Assembly: GCA_046726195.1 (NCBI GenBank)
Contig: JBKPAB010000013.1
Location: forward strand, 9,464 to 73,463
Source of the DNA: Actinomycetota bacterium
Lineage (GTDB): Bacteria > Actinomycetota > Actinomycetes > Propionibacteriales > Propionibacteriaceae
Reading direction: 5' to 3'
DNA length: 64,000 nucleotides
Shown piece after piece: positions 28,991-39,963 of this stretch (its first letter is position 1; each line of letters begins with the position of its first letter). The notes under the pieces are model-generated. The model did no database searches and was not told where the DNA came from. It saw only the letters and a list, made by a program, of their open reading frames with translations. Made by a program: the position numbers and the translations under genes.

Positions 28991-30097
28991 ATGAACTCAC
29001 CAGGTTCTCCTTCTGTGGTGCTCGCGGGCGGTGGGACGGCGGGCCATACCTCGCCGCTGATCGCGACCGGCCTGGAGCTGCGCCGCCTCAGCCCGGGGAT
29101 CGCGCTGACCGCGCTCGGCACCGCTCGAGGTCTGGAAACAGTTGTGGTCCCGGAAGCCGGGCTGGACCTTGAGCTGATTCCTCCGGTGCCGATGCCGCGC
29201 CAGGTCAGCAAAGATCTGATCTTGGTAGGGCCACGGTTGGTTCAGGCGATCACCGCGACAGTGCGGCTGCTGCGGCGCGTCCGCGCGGATGTGATACTCG
29301 GCTTCGGCGGCTATGTGTCCACCCCGGCCTATTTTGCCGCCCGCCGCCTCGGCCTACCCATCGTGATCCACGAACAGAACGTGCTTCCGGGTCTGGCCAA
29401 CAAGCTCGCCGCTCGCCTCACCAGCCACGTCTATACCTCGTTCCCCAAGACCTCGTTGCCGCACGCGCAGTGCATCGGGTTGCCGCTGCGGCGGGCCATC
29501 ACCGACCTGGACCGAGCCGCGCTGCGTCGCGAGGCACGTATCGGCTTCGACCTGAACCCCGGCCTCCCCACGCTGCTTGTCAGTGGAGGATCACAAGGCG
29601 CACAGCAGATTAATAACGCACTGGCAGGCGCCTGGCCGGAACTGCTGGCCCGCGGCATCCAGGTGCTGCACGTGCTCGGACCCAAGAACCTCGTTGCTGG
29701 TATCGAGCGCAGACTTGACGAGCGGACAGGAGCTATCTACCAACCGGTCGCGTACGTGGCACAGATGGAGCGGGCGTACGCCGCGGCCGACCTGATGCTG
29801 GGACGCAGCGGCGCGAGCACGGTGCTGGAGACGGCTGCCGTCGGGCTGCCCACGATCTTCGTGCCGTGGCCGCACGGCAACGGCGAACAGGCGCTTAATG
29901 CCGAACTCGTCGTTAACGCAGGTGGCGGCATCATGCTTGCCGACAGCGATTGCACGTCGATCTGGGTAGCCCAGGAAATTCCTGCCCTGTTCGCCCATCC
30001 AGACCGGCTGGACGGGATGAGTGACGCGCTGACCGGCGTTGCCCGCCTGGACGCGGCTACCGTGTTGGCGTCGCGAGTTCTGGAGGTGGTCCGCTGA
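28991..30097 (+). CDS. murG: Lipid II GlcNAc transferase
   Basis: GGGTAGH, GFGGYVS, HEQN..PGLAN, GGSQGA, GNGEQ..NA. Confidence 0.96.
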   Translation: MNSPGSPSVVLAGGGTAGHTSPLIATGLELRRLSPGIALTALGTARGLETVVVPEAGLDLELIPPVPMPRQVSKDLILVGPRLVQAITATVRLLRRVRADVILGFGGYVSTPAYFAARRLGLPIVIHEQNVLPGLANKLAARLTSHVYTSFPKTSLPHAQCIGLPLRRAITDLDRAALRREARIGFDLNPGLPTLLVSGGSQGAQQINNALAGAWPELLARGIQVLHVLGPKNLVAGIERRLDERTGAIYQPVAYVAQMERAYAAADLMLGRSGASTVLETAAVGLPTIFVPWPHGNGEQALNAELVVNAGGGIMLADSDCTSIWVAQEIPALFAHPDRLDGMSDALTGVARLDAATVLASRVLEVVR

Positions 30098-31536
30098 TGG
30101 GTCTGCTTACTCCCATCGAGCTGCCCAGGCTGGACGAACTGGGAGCAGTGCACTTCATCGCCATTGGGGGATCTGGCATGAACGGGATCGCCTCGATGAT
30201 GCTGGCTCACGGAATCCCTGTCAGCGGCAGCGATCGGCAGGACTCAAAGTATCTGCGGTCCCTGGAAGCCCAAGGGGCTCGGGTCTACGTCGGACATCGT
30301 GCCGAGCAGCTCGGGAATGCCGCGACCGTGGTTGCCTCATCAGCCATCCGGGAGAACAACCCCGAGCTGGCAGAGGCCAGACGCCGTGGCCTGCGGATAC
30401 TGCATCGCAGCGCGGCGTTGGGCTCGCTCATGCTCGGTCACCGCGGCATTGCGGTCGCCGGAACACATGGCAAAACGACCACAACGGCGATGATCGCGCA
30501 GGTGTTGAGCGGTTGCGGATTCGACCCGTCCTTCGTGATTGGTGGTGCACTCACCGGCACCGCCACCGGCGGGCATCTCGGCGGCGGCGACATCATCGTT
30601 GTTGAGGCCGACGAGAGCGATGGCTCCTTCCTGCAATACCCCTGCGAGATCGCAGTGGTCACCAACATCGACCCCGATCACCTCAGCAACTGGGGGAACG
30701 CGGACAAATACGCCGACGGCTTTCTGCGCTTTGCCACCGCTGCTTCGGTTCGGCTGCTGGTGACCAGTGCCGACGATCCAGGTGCGGTCGCGTTGACCGA
30801 GCGGGTACGCCAGCGAACCTCGGCTGGATTACCGGGGCCTCAAGTAATGACCTTCGGTACCTCGGAGGTTGCTGACGTTCGGATCCTGGACACCAGCCTG
30901 GCTGGCACAGGGTCAACCTTCCAGCTTTGGTGGGATGGTTACGCAGGTCGCGTGGAGCTGTCAGTCCCGGGGCACTACAACGTGCTGAACGCGGCGGCGG
31001 CGTACGCGGTGGCTGTCTGGCTCGGCGCCGCCGAGGCCGAGGTTCGCAGTGACCTGTCGAGGTACCAGGGCACGTACCGGCGCTTCCAACTGATCGGTAC
31101 GCCCAACAACATCCGGGTCTACGACGACTATGCCCATCACCCCACCGAGGTGCGTAACACCTTGATCGCTGCCCGGACTGGCGCTGGCGATGGTCGCGTT
31201 GTGGTTTGCTTTCAGCCGCATCTTTACACCCGCACCCGAGACTTCTGGCGGGAGCTCGCGCACGCGCTCGAGCAGGCCGACGTAGCGATCGTGATGGATG
31301 TCTGCGGCGACCGAGAGGACCCGATACCCGGAATCGATGGCGCCATGGTTGCCGATGCGATTACCCCGGGAACTGCGAACGTGACCTATCAACCCGTCTG
31401 GGGTGAGGCTGCACCGACTGTGGCCAAGATCGCTCGGCCCGGCGACCTGGTGATCACCGTCGGCTGTGGCGACGTGACCAAGGTCGCCCCGAAAATCGTG
31501 GACGAGATTCAGCGCTTGGCCGAGGTGAGGCGATGA
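30097..31536 (+). CDS. murC: UDP-MurNAc:L-Ala ligase
   Basis: HFIAIGGSGM, AGTHGKTTTT, EADESDGSF, DDYAHHPTE, FQPHLYTRT. Confidence 0.96.
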   Translation: MGLLTPIELPRLDELGAVHFIAIGGSGMNGIASMMLAHGIPVSGSDRQDSKYLRSLEAQGARVYVGHRAEQLGNAATVVASSAIRENNPELAEARRRGLRILHRSAALGSLMLGHRGIAVAGTHGKTTTTAMIAQVLSGCGFDPSFVIGGALTGTATGGHLGGGDIIVVEADESDGSFLQYPCEIAVVTNIDPDHLSNWGNADKYADGFLRFATAASVRLLVTSADDPGAVALTERVRQRTSAGLPGPQVMTFGTSEVADVRILDTSLAGTGSTFQLWWDGYAGRVELSVPGHYNVLNAAAAYAVAVWLGAAEAEVRSDLSRYQGTYRRFQLIGTPNNIRVYDDYAHHPTEVRNTLIAARTGAGDGRVVVCFQPHLYTRTRDFWRELAHALEQADVAIVMDVCGDREDPIPGIDGAMVADAITPGTANVTYQPVWGEAAPTVAKIARPGDLVITVGCGDVTKVAPKIVDEIQRLAEVRR

Positions 31537-32273
31537 CGGCCACCGCTACGGCCAGCCGACCGGCCCGCACTGCACGGAAGCACCCAGGCAGAAAGGCACG
31601 CCGGTCCTGGCGCCGCAAAGCCATGGCCCTCACCGCCATCGTGTTGGTGCTGACACTGCTTGCGGCCAGCCTGTGGGTCGTCTACTTCTCGTCGGTGTTG
31701 GTTACCAAACGTGTGAATGTGGTCGGCACCCACGAGCTGACCCCGGCGCAGGTGGGCCTTGCGGTGCAGGTCCCGCTCAGCGTTCCGCTGGCGCGTCAGG
31801 ATCTGGCCGAGATCGTCTTGCGGGCGACCGCGTTGCCCGCAGTTGAGGCCGCGACTGTGACTCGCAAGTGGCCCAATACCATCACGGTGTCCGTCGTCGA
31901 GCGTCGGCCGGTGTTCGCGATGCACCAGGCAGGCGGTTACGTCATCGTCGACAGGTTGGGCGTCGCCTATCAGACACAGCTGACGCTGCCGCGGAATCTT
32001 GTGCTCGCCGAAGTCAGCCCCGGGGATCCGCGGCTACTCAGTGAGGTTGCCATTGTCGCCGCGGCGCTTCCGGACGCGCTGCGGCGAAAGGTCAATCTGA
32101 TTACGGCCAGCAACCGCGACAACATCGCGTTGACATTGGCTTCTGGTCCGTCCGTGACCTGGGGTAGCTCCGCGGATTCGGAGCTGAAAGCTCAGGTCGT
32201 TTTGGCGCTGCTCAAGCGGAAGCCTGAGACTTCCATTGACGTCTCGAGTCCGCACAATCCCGCCATCCGTTAG
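31533..32273 (+). CDS. ftsQ: Cell division protein FtsQ/DivIB
   Basis: Basic N-terminus, one TM, POTRA-like domain, WPNTITVSVVER, IDVSSP; position before ftsZ. Confidence 0.88.
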   Translation: MTATATASRPARTARKHPGRKARRSWRRKAMALTAIVLVLTLLAASLWVVYFSSVLVTKRVNVVGTHELTPAQVGLAVQVPLSVPLARQDLAEIVLRATALPAVEAATVTRKWPNTITVSVVERRPVFAMHQAGGYVIVDRLGVAYQTQLTLPRNLVLAEVSPGDPRLLSEVAIVAAALPDALRRKVNLITASNRDNIALTLASGPSVTWGSSADSELKAQVVLALLKRKPETSIDVSSPHNPAIR

Positions 32274-32335
32274 CGTTCGCCCCAATCGAGTGAAACGGCT
32301 GGCGCATTGTGAGTCCGCGCCGCCATGGTCGTGTC

Positions 32336-32520
32336 TGATTGCTCGCTCCGCTCGCTGCGCATCGCGCGACGAATCCGCCGACTTCGTCGTCGTTCGTTAA
32401 CGAAGACCGCCTCTCTCCCACCTCTGCAGGAACGCACGTACACGTTCGTTACTGATGCGATGCACACGTTGCACAACGTGTGTAACGCGAAAGGAGCGCA
32501 CGTGTACGTTCGTTTCCACG
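32336..32520 (+). repeat. Family B1 element, copy 1 (upstream of ftsZ)
   Basis: Close match along about 175 bp to the reverse complement of 36090-36266; central palindrome CACACGTTG-CA-CAACGTGTG at 32463-32482. Confidence 0.9.
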
Positions 32521-32751
32521 CCCCGATTGCGGAGCCTCCCCTCGCTCCTCTAGCCATCAATGTCTACTTGAGGTGTAACAATTCGCTGTTAATCGCTGAC
32601 CCTGGCGTGTCACATGCGAATCAATGGTCACCATCTCGTAGCGTTCATTGAAACCGCGCCGTTTCCCCACCCGTGGCAACTTGACCGTTGACTTCAGGTT
32701 GAGACTTGGTGCGACCACCTAGTCCGCAGACATGGAAGAAGAGGCGGAACC

Positions 32752-33963
32752 GTGGTTTCTGCGTCACAGAACTACTTGGCGATCATCAAGGTCGTCGGCG
32801 TCGGTGGTGGTGGCGTCAACGCCGTCAACCGGATGATCGAAGCCGGGCTGCGGGGTGTCGAGTTCATTGCAGTCAACACCGACGCGCAGGCGCTGCTGAT
32901 GAGCGATGCGGACGTCAAGCTGGACATCGGCCGTGACCTAACCCGTGGGCTCGGCGCGGGCGCGGATCCGGACAAAGGCCGCCAGGCGGCCGAAGATCAT
33001 GCCCAAGACATCGAGGATGCTCTCAAGGGCGCGGACATGGTGTTCGTTACCGCAGGCGAGGGGGGTGGGACCGGGACCGGAGGTGCGCCGGTGGTGGCTC
33101 GCATCGCCCGCGCACTCGGCGCCCTCACGATAGGCGTCGTGACGCGACCCTTCTCCTTTGAGGGCAAGCGTCGCGCCGTGCAAGCAGAGCAGGGCATCGC
33201 CAGCCTCCGCGAGGAGGTCGACACCTTGATCGTGATTCCTAATGACAAGCTGCTCCAGATGATCGACCACCAGATCGCGATCCTGGACGCCTTCAAGCAG
33301 GCCGACCAGGTGTTGATGCAGGGTGTATCTGGCATCACCGATCTGATCACCACACCGGGCTTGATCAACTTGGACTTCGCCGACGTGAAAGCCGTCATGT
33401 CGAATGCTGGCTCCGCCTTGATGGGCATTGGCTCGGCCCGTGGCGAGGACCGGGCGCGCGCGGCGGCCGAGACCGCGGTCTCCTCGCCACTGCTGGAGGC
33501 CAGCATTGAAGGTGCCCATGGTGTCTTGCTCTCCATCGCGGGTGGCTCTGATCTCGGTCTGTTCGAGGTCTCCTCTGCCGCCAACTTGATCCAGGGAGCC
33601 GCGCACGAGGACGCGAACATTATCTTCGGCACAGTCATCGACGATGCGCTCGGCGACGAGGTGCGGGTGACGGTGATCGCCGCCGGTTTCGAGGGTGGCC
33701 AGCCGCCCCGGCGCCAGCCGGGCATCAGTCGGGCTGCCGATCTACGGACACACCAAGCGGTACGCAGCACGCCGACATCTCCGGAGCCGGAACCTGTGAG
33801 CGTTCGGTCCAATAACAACCACTCGGTCAACCACGCAGCACCGGCAGAGAGTCCGCCGCCGACTCCTCACCCTCCGCCGATCCAGCTCCCTCCCACCCGG
33901 ATCACCGTGCCGAGGGGTCCCGCGTACGACGATGATCTTGATATCCCTGACTTCCTCAAATAG
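32752..33963 (+). CDS. ftsZ: Cell division GTPase FtsZ
   Basis: [17 protein letters not shown] signature, NLDFADV, C-terminal DLDIPDFLK. Confidence 0.98.
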   Translation: MVSASQNYLAIIKVVGVGGGGVNAVNRMIEAGLRGVEFIAVNTDAQALLMSDADVKLDIGRDLTRGLGAGADPDKGRQAAEDHAQDIEDALKGADMVFVTAGEGGGTGTGGAPVVARIARALGALTIGVVTRPFSFEGKRRAVQAEQGIASLREEVDTLIVIPNDKLLQMIDHQIAILDAFKQADQVLMQGVSGITDLITTPGLINLDFADVKAVMSNAGSALMGIGSARGEDRARAAAETAVSSPLLEASIEGAHGVLLSIAGGSDLGLFEVSSAANLIQGAAHEDANIIFGTVIDDALGDEVRVTVIAAGFEGGQPPRRQPGISRAADLRTHQAVRSTPTSPEPEPVSVRSNNNHSVNHAAPAESPPPTPHPPPIQLPPTRITVPRGPAYDDDLDIPDFLK

Positions 33964-34086
33964 CGCGTGTCGGGCCGGATCAACAAGTTGCCCAGACGGT
34001 AATCTCAGCAACAAATCGCGCGTTGCTTGCGGCGCAAATGTGGCCCAGTAAAGGCCCCAAAGGGGCACAGATTCGAGGCGGATGAG

Positions 34087-34605
34087 ATGGCGGAACGACT
34101 AAAGCGCGCAGCAGCTTGGCTGGGCTTGGTCACCGACGATCGGTACGCGGACTATGACGATGCCCCGGGCTACCACGAGTTGACCGAGGATGAGAGCCCG
34201 GATGACCTGCTCGCCGCACCCGACCGGCCTGCCACCGTAACCCCCCTCGAAAGCCGTCGCCCGACAGCGCTTGCACAAACCGCTGTTGCAGCGTCCGGCC
34301 AGGCGACTCTCCAGGCGCGGACGGCCGATGTGTCACGCATCACCACTGTTCATCCCCGTACTTATAACGAGGCACGCATCATCGGCGAGCACTTCCGCGA
34401 TGGCGTGCCGGTCATCATGAACCTTTCTGACATGGAGGACGTGGACGCCAAGCGGTTGGTCGACTTCGCGGCTGGTCTCATCTTTGGTCTGCGTGGCAGT
34501 ATCGAACGCGTCACCAGCAAGGTGTTCCTGCTCTCGCCACACGACGTCACCGTGGCAGCGGAAGACAAGGAACGGATTGCCGGCGGGTTCTTCAACCAGA
34601 GCTAG
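34087..34605 (+). CDS. sepF: Cell division protein SepF
   Basis: [42 protein letters not shown]. Confidence 0.93.
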   Translation: MAERLKRAAAWLGLVTDDRYADYDDAPGYHELTEDESPDDLLAAPDRPATVTPLESRRPTALAQTAVAASGQATLQARTADVSRITTVHPRTYNEARIIGEHFRDGVPVIMNLSDMEDVDAKRLVDFAAGLIFGLRGSIERVTSKVFLLSPHDVTVAAEDKERIAGGFFNQS

Positions 34606-34687
34606 TCCAAGGACTCGGCGGGTCTGGTCTGCGCGCCTAGGCTGGTGTCACGCCTAATACGCCGAAGCAAACAGACAGGCCTCAACC

Positions 34688-34978
34688 GTGGTTGTCGTGG
34701 GACTCATCATCAACTGGATCTTGTGGATTTTTCTGCTAATCCTGTTCGCGCGCATGATTCTGTCCTGGGTTCCGGTCCTCGTCCGTGACTGGGAACCCAG
34801 GGGACCAATGCTGGTCTTCGCCGAGATCGTGTACTCAATCACCGATCCGCCACTTCGTCTGCTACGCAAGGTGCTCAAGCCGGTCAGGATCGGCAACATG
34901 ATGCTCGATTTGGCGTTCATCGGCCTTGCGATCCTGGTGAGCATCCTCATGCAAGTCAACCGCAGCTTGTTCTTCTGA
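34688..34978 (+). CDS. yggT: YggT-family membrane protein
   Basis: ARMILSW, TDPPLR.LR..L.P.RIG..LDL. Confidence 0.9.
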   Translation: MVVVGLIINWILWIFLLILFARMILSWVPVLVRDWEPRGPMLVFAEIVYSITDPPLRLLRKVLKPVRIGNMMLDLAFIGLAILVSILMQVNRSLFF

Positions 34979-35129
34979 CCGGCCCCTCCTGCTGTGTCTT
35001 TCGCGACTTTCGGGGGTCTTTCGTGACTTCTTTGGCTCGCCTGTGTACCCACACCAAATTAGGTACGGTAGGGCCCGTGGAAGTGACGGCCCCACCCGAA
35101 GAGTCCCACTTAGCTACCCGAGGTGCACG

Positions 35130-35984
35130 ATGACGCTGACGCTCGACGACGTTCGCAACAAGCGGTTCCGGATGGCCCGCAAGTCCGGCTACGAGGTGTT
35201 GGAAGTTGACGAGTTCGTCGACGAGGTGGAGGAGAGCTTCGCGCAGCTCATCGAGGAGAACCAGAACCTCAAGCGGCAGGTTGAGGCACTGAAGGCCGCG
35301 CCGCCGGCTCCGCGCCCGATGGCTCCAGCCCCGACCGTCCCAGCACCGGTACGGCAGCCCGCGCCGCCGCCGCCTCAGTCCGGCACGATTGTGGTGACCA
35401 CAGGCAAGGAGGCCAGCGCCGCGGTCGTCCGCCTCGTCGAGATGTCCACCGAGCAAGCCGAACGCCTGGTACACGAAGCCACCGAGGACGCCAACCGGAT
35501 CCGGGAAGAGGCCAACCGGACCGCTCACCAGCTCACCACCGACGCCCGTACCCGCGCCGAGCGAGTCGAGTCGGAGGCTCGCGTGAATGCGGAGCGGCTC
35601 CAGGCTGATGCGCTCAGTCGCGCAGAGAAGCTTGATCGCGAGATCCAAAGTCGCCGCGGGGAAATGTTCGGGGATCTGGAGAAGCAGCGCGACAACCTCA
35701 CCGCAGCCGTCGCGGCGCTTCGCAACTTCGAGGCGGCGTATCGCACTAACCTCACCACTCACTTGCGCAAGCAGATAGAGACGCTGGAAGCCGGGCGGGC
35801 TGAGCCTGTTGACATGCCGGAGGTGATCCGCGAGCTCAAGCCCACCGAGGGCAACGCGAACGGGATCGCAACTGGTCCACAGGGCGAGCATGGCGAAGCT
35901 GAGCAGTCGCAGCGCCCGAGCTACAGCGGCAGTTCTGGTAGCAACACCCCGCGCCTCGATGCGCTTCTGGGAGACCAGCGCTGA
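35130..35984 (+). CDS. divIVA: DivIVA/Wag31 polar growth protein
   Basis: LTLDDVRNKRF..GYEVLEVDEFVDEV, coiled coil, FEAAYRTNL; GAGG RBS. Confidence 0.9.
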   Translation: MTLTLDDVRNKRFRMARKSGYEVLEVDEFVDEVEESFAQLIEENQNLKRQVEALKAAPPAPRPMAPAPTVPAPVRQPAPPPPQSGTIVVTTGKEASAAVVRLVEMSTEQAERLVHEATEDANRIREEANRTAHQLTTDARTRAERVESEARVNAERLQADALSRAEKLDREIQSRRGEMFGDLEKQRDNLTAAVAALRNFEAAYRTNLTTHLRKQIETLEAGRAEPVDMPEVIRELKPTEGNANGIATGPQGEHGEAEQSQRPSYSGSSGSNTPRLDALLGDQR

Positions 35985-36011
35985 GCTGATTCCAGCGGCG
36001 ATCAAGACCGA

Positions 36012-36035
36012 TAGGGCCCGCCACGGCGGGCCCTA
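36012..36035 (+). terminator. Perfect 11-bp hairpin after divIVA
   Basis: TAGGGCCCGCC-AC-GGCGGGCCCTA. Confidence 0.7.
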
Positions 36036-36089
36036 CGGCGTTATGTAGGCAGCTGCGGAAGAGAGACGAGGCGCTCCTTCCACCCCGAC

Positions 36090-36266
36090 GCGGAAACGAA
36101 CGTATACGTTCGCTCCCTTCGCTTTACACACGTTGTGCAACGTGTGCATCGCATCAGGAACGAACGTGTACGTGCGATCCTGCAGAGGTCGGAGAGAGAG
36201 GCGGTCTTCCTTGAACGAACGACGGCGAAGTCGGCGGATCCCTCGCGCGATGGGCAGCGAGCCGAG
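36090..36266 (-). repeat. Family B1 element, copy 2 (downstream of divIVA, inverted relative to copy 1)
   Basis: Reverse complement matches 32345-32520; same palindrome at 36127-36146. Confidence 0.9.
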
Positions 36267-36427
36267 ATGGCAAATCCAATACTGTGCGCTGCGCGAGCAG
36301 CTGAAATACATTGCACCGTTGGAATTTCAGCGAGAAATCAGCGCGGGTCGTTGAAGAAACTGCTTTTGCGGCCTACTGTCTCTGATCACTTACACCTCCA
36401 GCAGTGCTGACCAAGAAATGGGGTCCC

Positions 36428-36973
36428 ATGACCACCGCTAAGTCGGGCGCCGCGGCCACCCCCGCAGCCGAGAACGGCGGTCGCACCACCACAAATCGCA
36501 AGGCCACATCCAAGGCCGCGCCAACGGTGCATGCGGTACCTGTCGAGCATCAAGACAAGCCTGGAAAACCGATGAATCCCAAGTCCTTGCCAGTTCGCCC
36601 CGGCGAAGATCCATGGACCAAGGCTGAGATCAACGAGGTCAAGCAGGCGCTGATCGAAGACATCGCGCGTTTCGAAAGCCAGATCGAGATCTCCACCGCG
36701 GAGTTGGTGGGATTGCTTCGTGACGGCAGTGAGGGGGCGGGACGCGATCCAGCCGATGTCGGTTCTGCCAATTTCGAGCGTGATGCTGAGATGTCGCTGG
36801 CCAATAATGCTCGGGAGATGTTGGACCAGTCTCGCCTTGCGCTGCGCCACATCGAGCTCGGCACGTACGGCAGCTGCGACAATTGTGGGCAGCCCATAGG
36901 CAAGGGCCGGCTGCAGGCTTTTCCACGCGCCACCTTGTGTGTCACGTGCAAACAGCGCGAGGAACGGCGATAA
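36428..36973 (+). CDS. TraR/DksA C4-type zinc finger protein
   Basis: DPADVG tip, [39 protein letters not shown]. Confidence 0.9.
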   Translation: MTTAKSGAAATPAAENGGRTTTNRKATSKAAPTVHAVPVEHQDKPGKPMNPKSLPVRPGEDPWTKAEINEVKQALIEDIARFESQIEISTAELVGLLRDGSEGAGRDPADVGSANFERDAEMSLANNAREMLDQSRLALRHIELGTYGSCDNCGQPIGKGRLQAFPRATLCVTCKQREERR

Positions 36974-37554
36974 CTTCTGCTGGCGGCGTTCGCCCGATCG
37001 AGCGGCGACGCTTGCGCCTCCTGGTCGCGCTTGTCGCCGTTGCTGGGCTGACGACCGATCTGGTCACCAAGATCATCGCGGTTACCCAGCTCGAGCCGCT
37101 TGCTTCAGTACGGCTGCTGGGTGGATTACTTACACTGCGGCTCATTCGAAACCCCGGGGCCGCGTTCAGCCAGGGTCAGCGTTTTACTTACGTGTTTGCC
37201 GTCGCAGGGATCGTCGTGCTTACTTTCGTGATTATCAAGTTGGTGCCACGAATCGGCCATCCGGCCTGGGCAGTGGCCATTGGACTGTTGTGTGCCGGTG
37301 TCGCTGGAAACCTGACCGATCGTTTGTTTCGCCCACCGGGAGTGCTCCGCGGCCATGTGATCGACTTTCTCGAGCTGCCGTATTGGCCGATCTTCAATGT
37401 TGCTGACATGTGCATCACCGCGGCCGCGATCATGATCATATTTCTATCGGTTGTGAAAGGGATCAGCATCACTGGCCAGCGCCACCCTCGGCCAGGACGC
37501 CGCGGCGCGGGCGACGATGATGATCATGACCGAAGCACAGTCGCCGGTGGCTGA
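36883..37554 (+). CDS. lspA: Lipoprotein signal peptidase II (start uncertain, probably near 36970-37010)
   Basis: [30 protein letters not shown]. Confidence 0.9.
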   Translation: MWAAHRQGPAAGFSTRHLVCHVQTARGTAITSAGGVRPIERRRLRLLVALVAVAGLTTDLVTKIIAVTQLEPLASVRLLGGLLTLRLIRNPGAAFSQGQRFTYVFAVAGIVVLTFVIIKLVPRIGHPAWAVAIGLLCAGVAGNLTDRLFRPPGVLRGHVIDFLELPYWPIFNVADMCITAAAIMIIFLSVVKGISITGQRHPRPGRRGAGDDDDHDRSTVAGG

Positions 37555-38473
37555 GCGAAAGGTCGTGCTCGTCCCGGAGGGATTGAACGGTGAGCGGGCT
37601 GACACTGCCGTGGCACGCATGCTGGGGCTGTCGCGGAGCCAGGTTGTGGAGTTGATCGGGGCGGGCCGCGTGTTGCTGAACGGTGCTTCGATCAACAAGT
37701 CTGATCGCGTGAGCGTAGGGTCGATGCTCGAGGTCGAGCTGGCCGGCCAACCGCGCGTTGCGGCAGTCCGGCCGGAACAGGTAGCAGGCGTTGTCATCGT
37801 TTATGACGATGACAACATCGTGGTGATCGATAAACCTGTGGGTGTTGCGGCTCATCCCAGTCTGGGCTGGAGCGGGCCGGATGTGCTCAGTCACCTTGCT
37901 GGCGCCGGGTTCCGAATCTCGACATCTGGGGTTCCCGAGCGGCGTGGCATCGTGCAGCGACTGGATGTGGGCACTTCGGGGTTGATGGTCGTCGCCAAGA
38001 GTGAGCGGGCGTACACGATCTTGAAAAGAGCATTCCGTTCCCGGAGCGTCGACAAGATCTACCACGCGCTTGTGCAAGGCCATCCCGATCCGTTCACAGG
38101 AACCATCGAGGCTCCCATCGGCCGGGACTCTGGCGCGGACTACAAGATGGCGGTGATAGACAAGGGCCGGCACAGCGTCACCCACTATTCGACCCTGGAA
38201 GCCTTTGTCGCCGCCACCTTGCTGGAGATCAAGCTGGAAACTGGCCGTACCCATCAGATTCGCGTTCACATGGCGGCAATTCGGCATCCGTGCGTCGGCG
38301 ATCTGATGTATGGCGCCGACCCCGTCCTGGCCGCGAAGCTCGGACTGGAACGCCAGTGGCTGCACGCTGTCCGGCTGGGCTTTCTGCACCCGACATCGGG
38401 CGAACTGATGGAATTCGAGTCCAAATACCCGCCTGATCTTCAGCACGCCTTGGATGTGATCAGTGCCTGGTAG
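37517..38473 (+). CDS. RluA/RluD-family pseudouridine synthase
   Basis: S4-like N-terminus, [36 protein letters not shown]. Confidence 0.93.
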   Translation: MMIMTEAQSPVAERKVVLVPEGLNGERADTAVARMLGLSRSQVVELIGAGRVLLNGASINKSDRVSVGSMLEVELAGQPRVAAVRPEQVAGVVIVYDDDNIVVIDKPVGVAAHPSLGWSGPDVLSHLAGAGFRISTSGVPERRGIVQRLDVGTSGLMVVAKSERAYTILKRAFRSRSVDKIYHALVQGHPDPFTGTIEAPIGRDSGADYKMAVIDKGRHSVTHYSTLEAFVAATLLEIKLETGRTHQIRVHMAAIRHPCVGDLMYGADPVLAAKLGLERQWLHAVRLGFLHPTSGELMEFESKYPPDLQHALDVISAW

Positions 38474-38526
38474 ACCACAGCTTGACTGGTCTCCCGCTCT
38501 CGGAACAACTTCGCTAGGGTCAACTC

Positions 38527-39942
38527 GTGCGTAGAGCAAAAATTGTGTGCACGCTCGGCCCGGCGTCCTCAAGTCCCGAGCGCCTCGCGGAGATGGTAGC
38601 TGCCGGAATGGATGTCGCCCGGCTCAACATGAGTCATGGCGACTATGCCGATCATGAGAGAAACTTGCGCAGCGTCCGAGACGCAGCTGACGGCGCCGGT
38701 CGCCCGGTTGGCGTACTGGCGGACCTCCAGGGCCCGAAGATCCGGCTCGGCCGGTTCGCGAATGGCAAGGAGAGACTGCATGTGGGCGCTACGTTCGCGA
38801 TCACCGTGGACCACATCGAAGGCTCCGTCGAGCGTTGCTCGACGACATACAAGGGCTTGCCCGGAGACGTCCGGCCCGGAGATTTGATCTTGATCGACGA
38901 CGGCCGGATTGCCTTGCGGGCAAGTGAGGTCACCGATACCGACGTGATCACCGAGGTGGTGGTCGGCGGGCCGGTAAGCAACAACAAGGGGATCAACCTT
39001 CCTGGTGTAGCTGTCAGTGTCCCGGCGATGAGCGAGAAGGACACAGAAGACCTGCGTTGGGCGCTTCGCAACGGTGTTGACATGGTGGCTCTGTCGTTTG
39101 TTCGCAGTGCCGAGGACATCAAGCCGGTGCACCAGGTGATGGACGCCGAAGGCCGCCGAATTCCAGTGATCGCCAAGCTCGAGAAGCCGCAGGCTGTGCA
39201 GAACTTGGCCGAGATCATCGATGCCTTCGACGCCTTCATGGTTGCGCGCGGTGATCTTGGTGTGGAGCTGCCGCTGGAAGAGGTGCCCCTGGTCCAGAAG
39301 AAGATTGTCACTGCCGCGCGGCGCTGGGCGAAGCCGGTGATCGTGGCGACTCAGATGCTGGAGTCCATGATCTCCTCGCCGCGTCCGACACGCGCTGAGG
39401 CGTCCGATGTCGCTAATGCGATTCTCGACGGTGCCGACGCGGTGATGCTGTCGGGAGAGACCAGTGTCGGCGAGTATCCCGTTCTCACCGTCGAGACCAT
39501 GGCACGAATCATCGAGAACACCGAGGCCCACGGCATGGACCAGATGCAGGGCATTCAGTGGGATCCGCATACCACCAGTGGCGTGATCACCAAAGCCGCC
39601 GAAGAGGTGGCTCAGCGAATCCAGGCCAAGTACCTGGTGACGTTTACGACCTCCGGCGACTCGGCGCGTCGGTTAACCCGCCTTCGCTCGACCATTCCGG
39701 TGCTGGCATTCACCCCGTACGAGGAAACGCGCGCCGCACTGACCTTGAACTGGGGTGTCGAGACGTTCATGGCCCCCATGGTCGGCCATACCGACGAGAT
39801 GATCCGCGAGGTCGACAAGGCCCTCACCGAAAGCGGACGCATTGCCGACGGCGACCGGGTCGTCATCGTGGCAGGCTCCCCGCCGGGTGTCGCCGGCCAG
39901 ACCAACATGATCCGTGTCCGCCGCATAGGCGCCCCCCTGTAG
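38527..39942 (+). CDS. pyk: Pyruvate kinase
   Basis: AKIVCTLGPAS, RLNMSHG, DLQGPKIR, MVARGDLGVE, ATQMLESM, DAVMLSGET. Confidence 0.97.
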   Translation: MRRAKIVCTLGPASSSPERLAEMVAAGMDVARLNMSHGDYADHERNLRSVRDAADGAGRPVGVLADLQGPKIRLGRFANGKERLHVGATFAITVDHIEGSVERCSTTYKGLPGDVRPGDLILIDDGRIALRASEVTDTDVITEVVVGGPVSNNKGINLPGVAVSVPAMSEKDTEDLRWALRNGVDMVALSFVRSAEDIKPVHQVMDAEGRRIPVIAKLEKPQAVQNLAEIIDAFDAFMVARGDLGVELPLEEVPLVQKKIVTAARRWAKPVIVATQMLESMISSPRPTRAEASDVANAILDGADAVMLSGETSVGEYPVLTVETMARIIENTEAHGMDQMQGIQWDPHTTSGVITKAAEEVAQRIQAKYLVTFTTSGDSARRLTRLRSTIPVLAFTPYEETRAALTLNWGVETFMAPMVGHTDEMIREVDKALTESGRIADGDRVVIVAGSPPGVAGQTNMIRVRRIGAPL

Positions 39943-39963
39943 GCGATATCGACCACACATTTC

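Noticed and set aside
32607-32611. WhiA-type GACAC site upstream of ftsZ
   Set aside because: A 5-bp match is too short to support alone.
32325-32651. ORF similar to 36033-36311 (apparent paralogous small proteins)
   Set aside because: Both are read-throughs of the B1 repeat; the copies differ by +1 and +2 indels that scramble the peptide locally (SLTKTASL vs SFKEDRLSL), which argues against coding selection.
35799-35812. Family A-like GCTGAGCCTGTTGA inside divIVA
   Set aside because: Only 14 nt with a mismatch and no palindromic flanks; can arise by chance at this GC content.
38569-39570. Long antisense ORFs, here opposite pyk (similarly opposite murE, rpsA, polA, lon)
   Set aside because: Expected shadow frames in high-GC coding DNA; no motifs.
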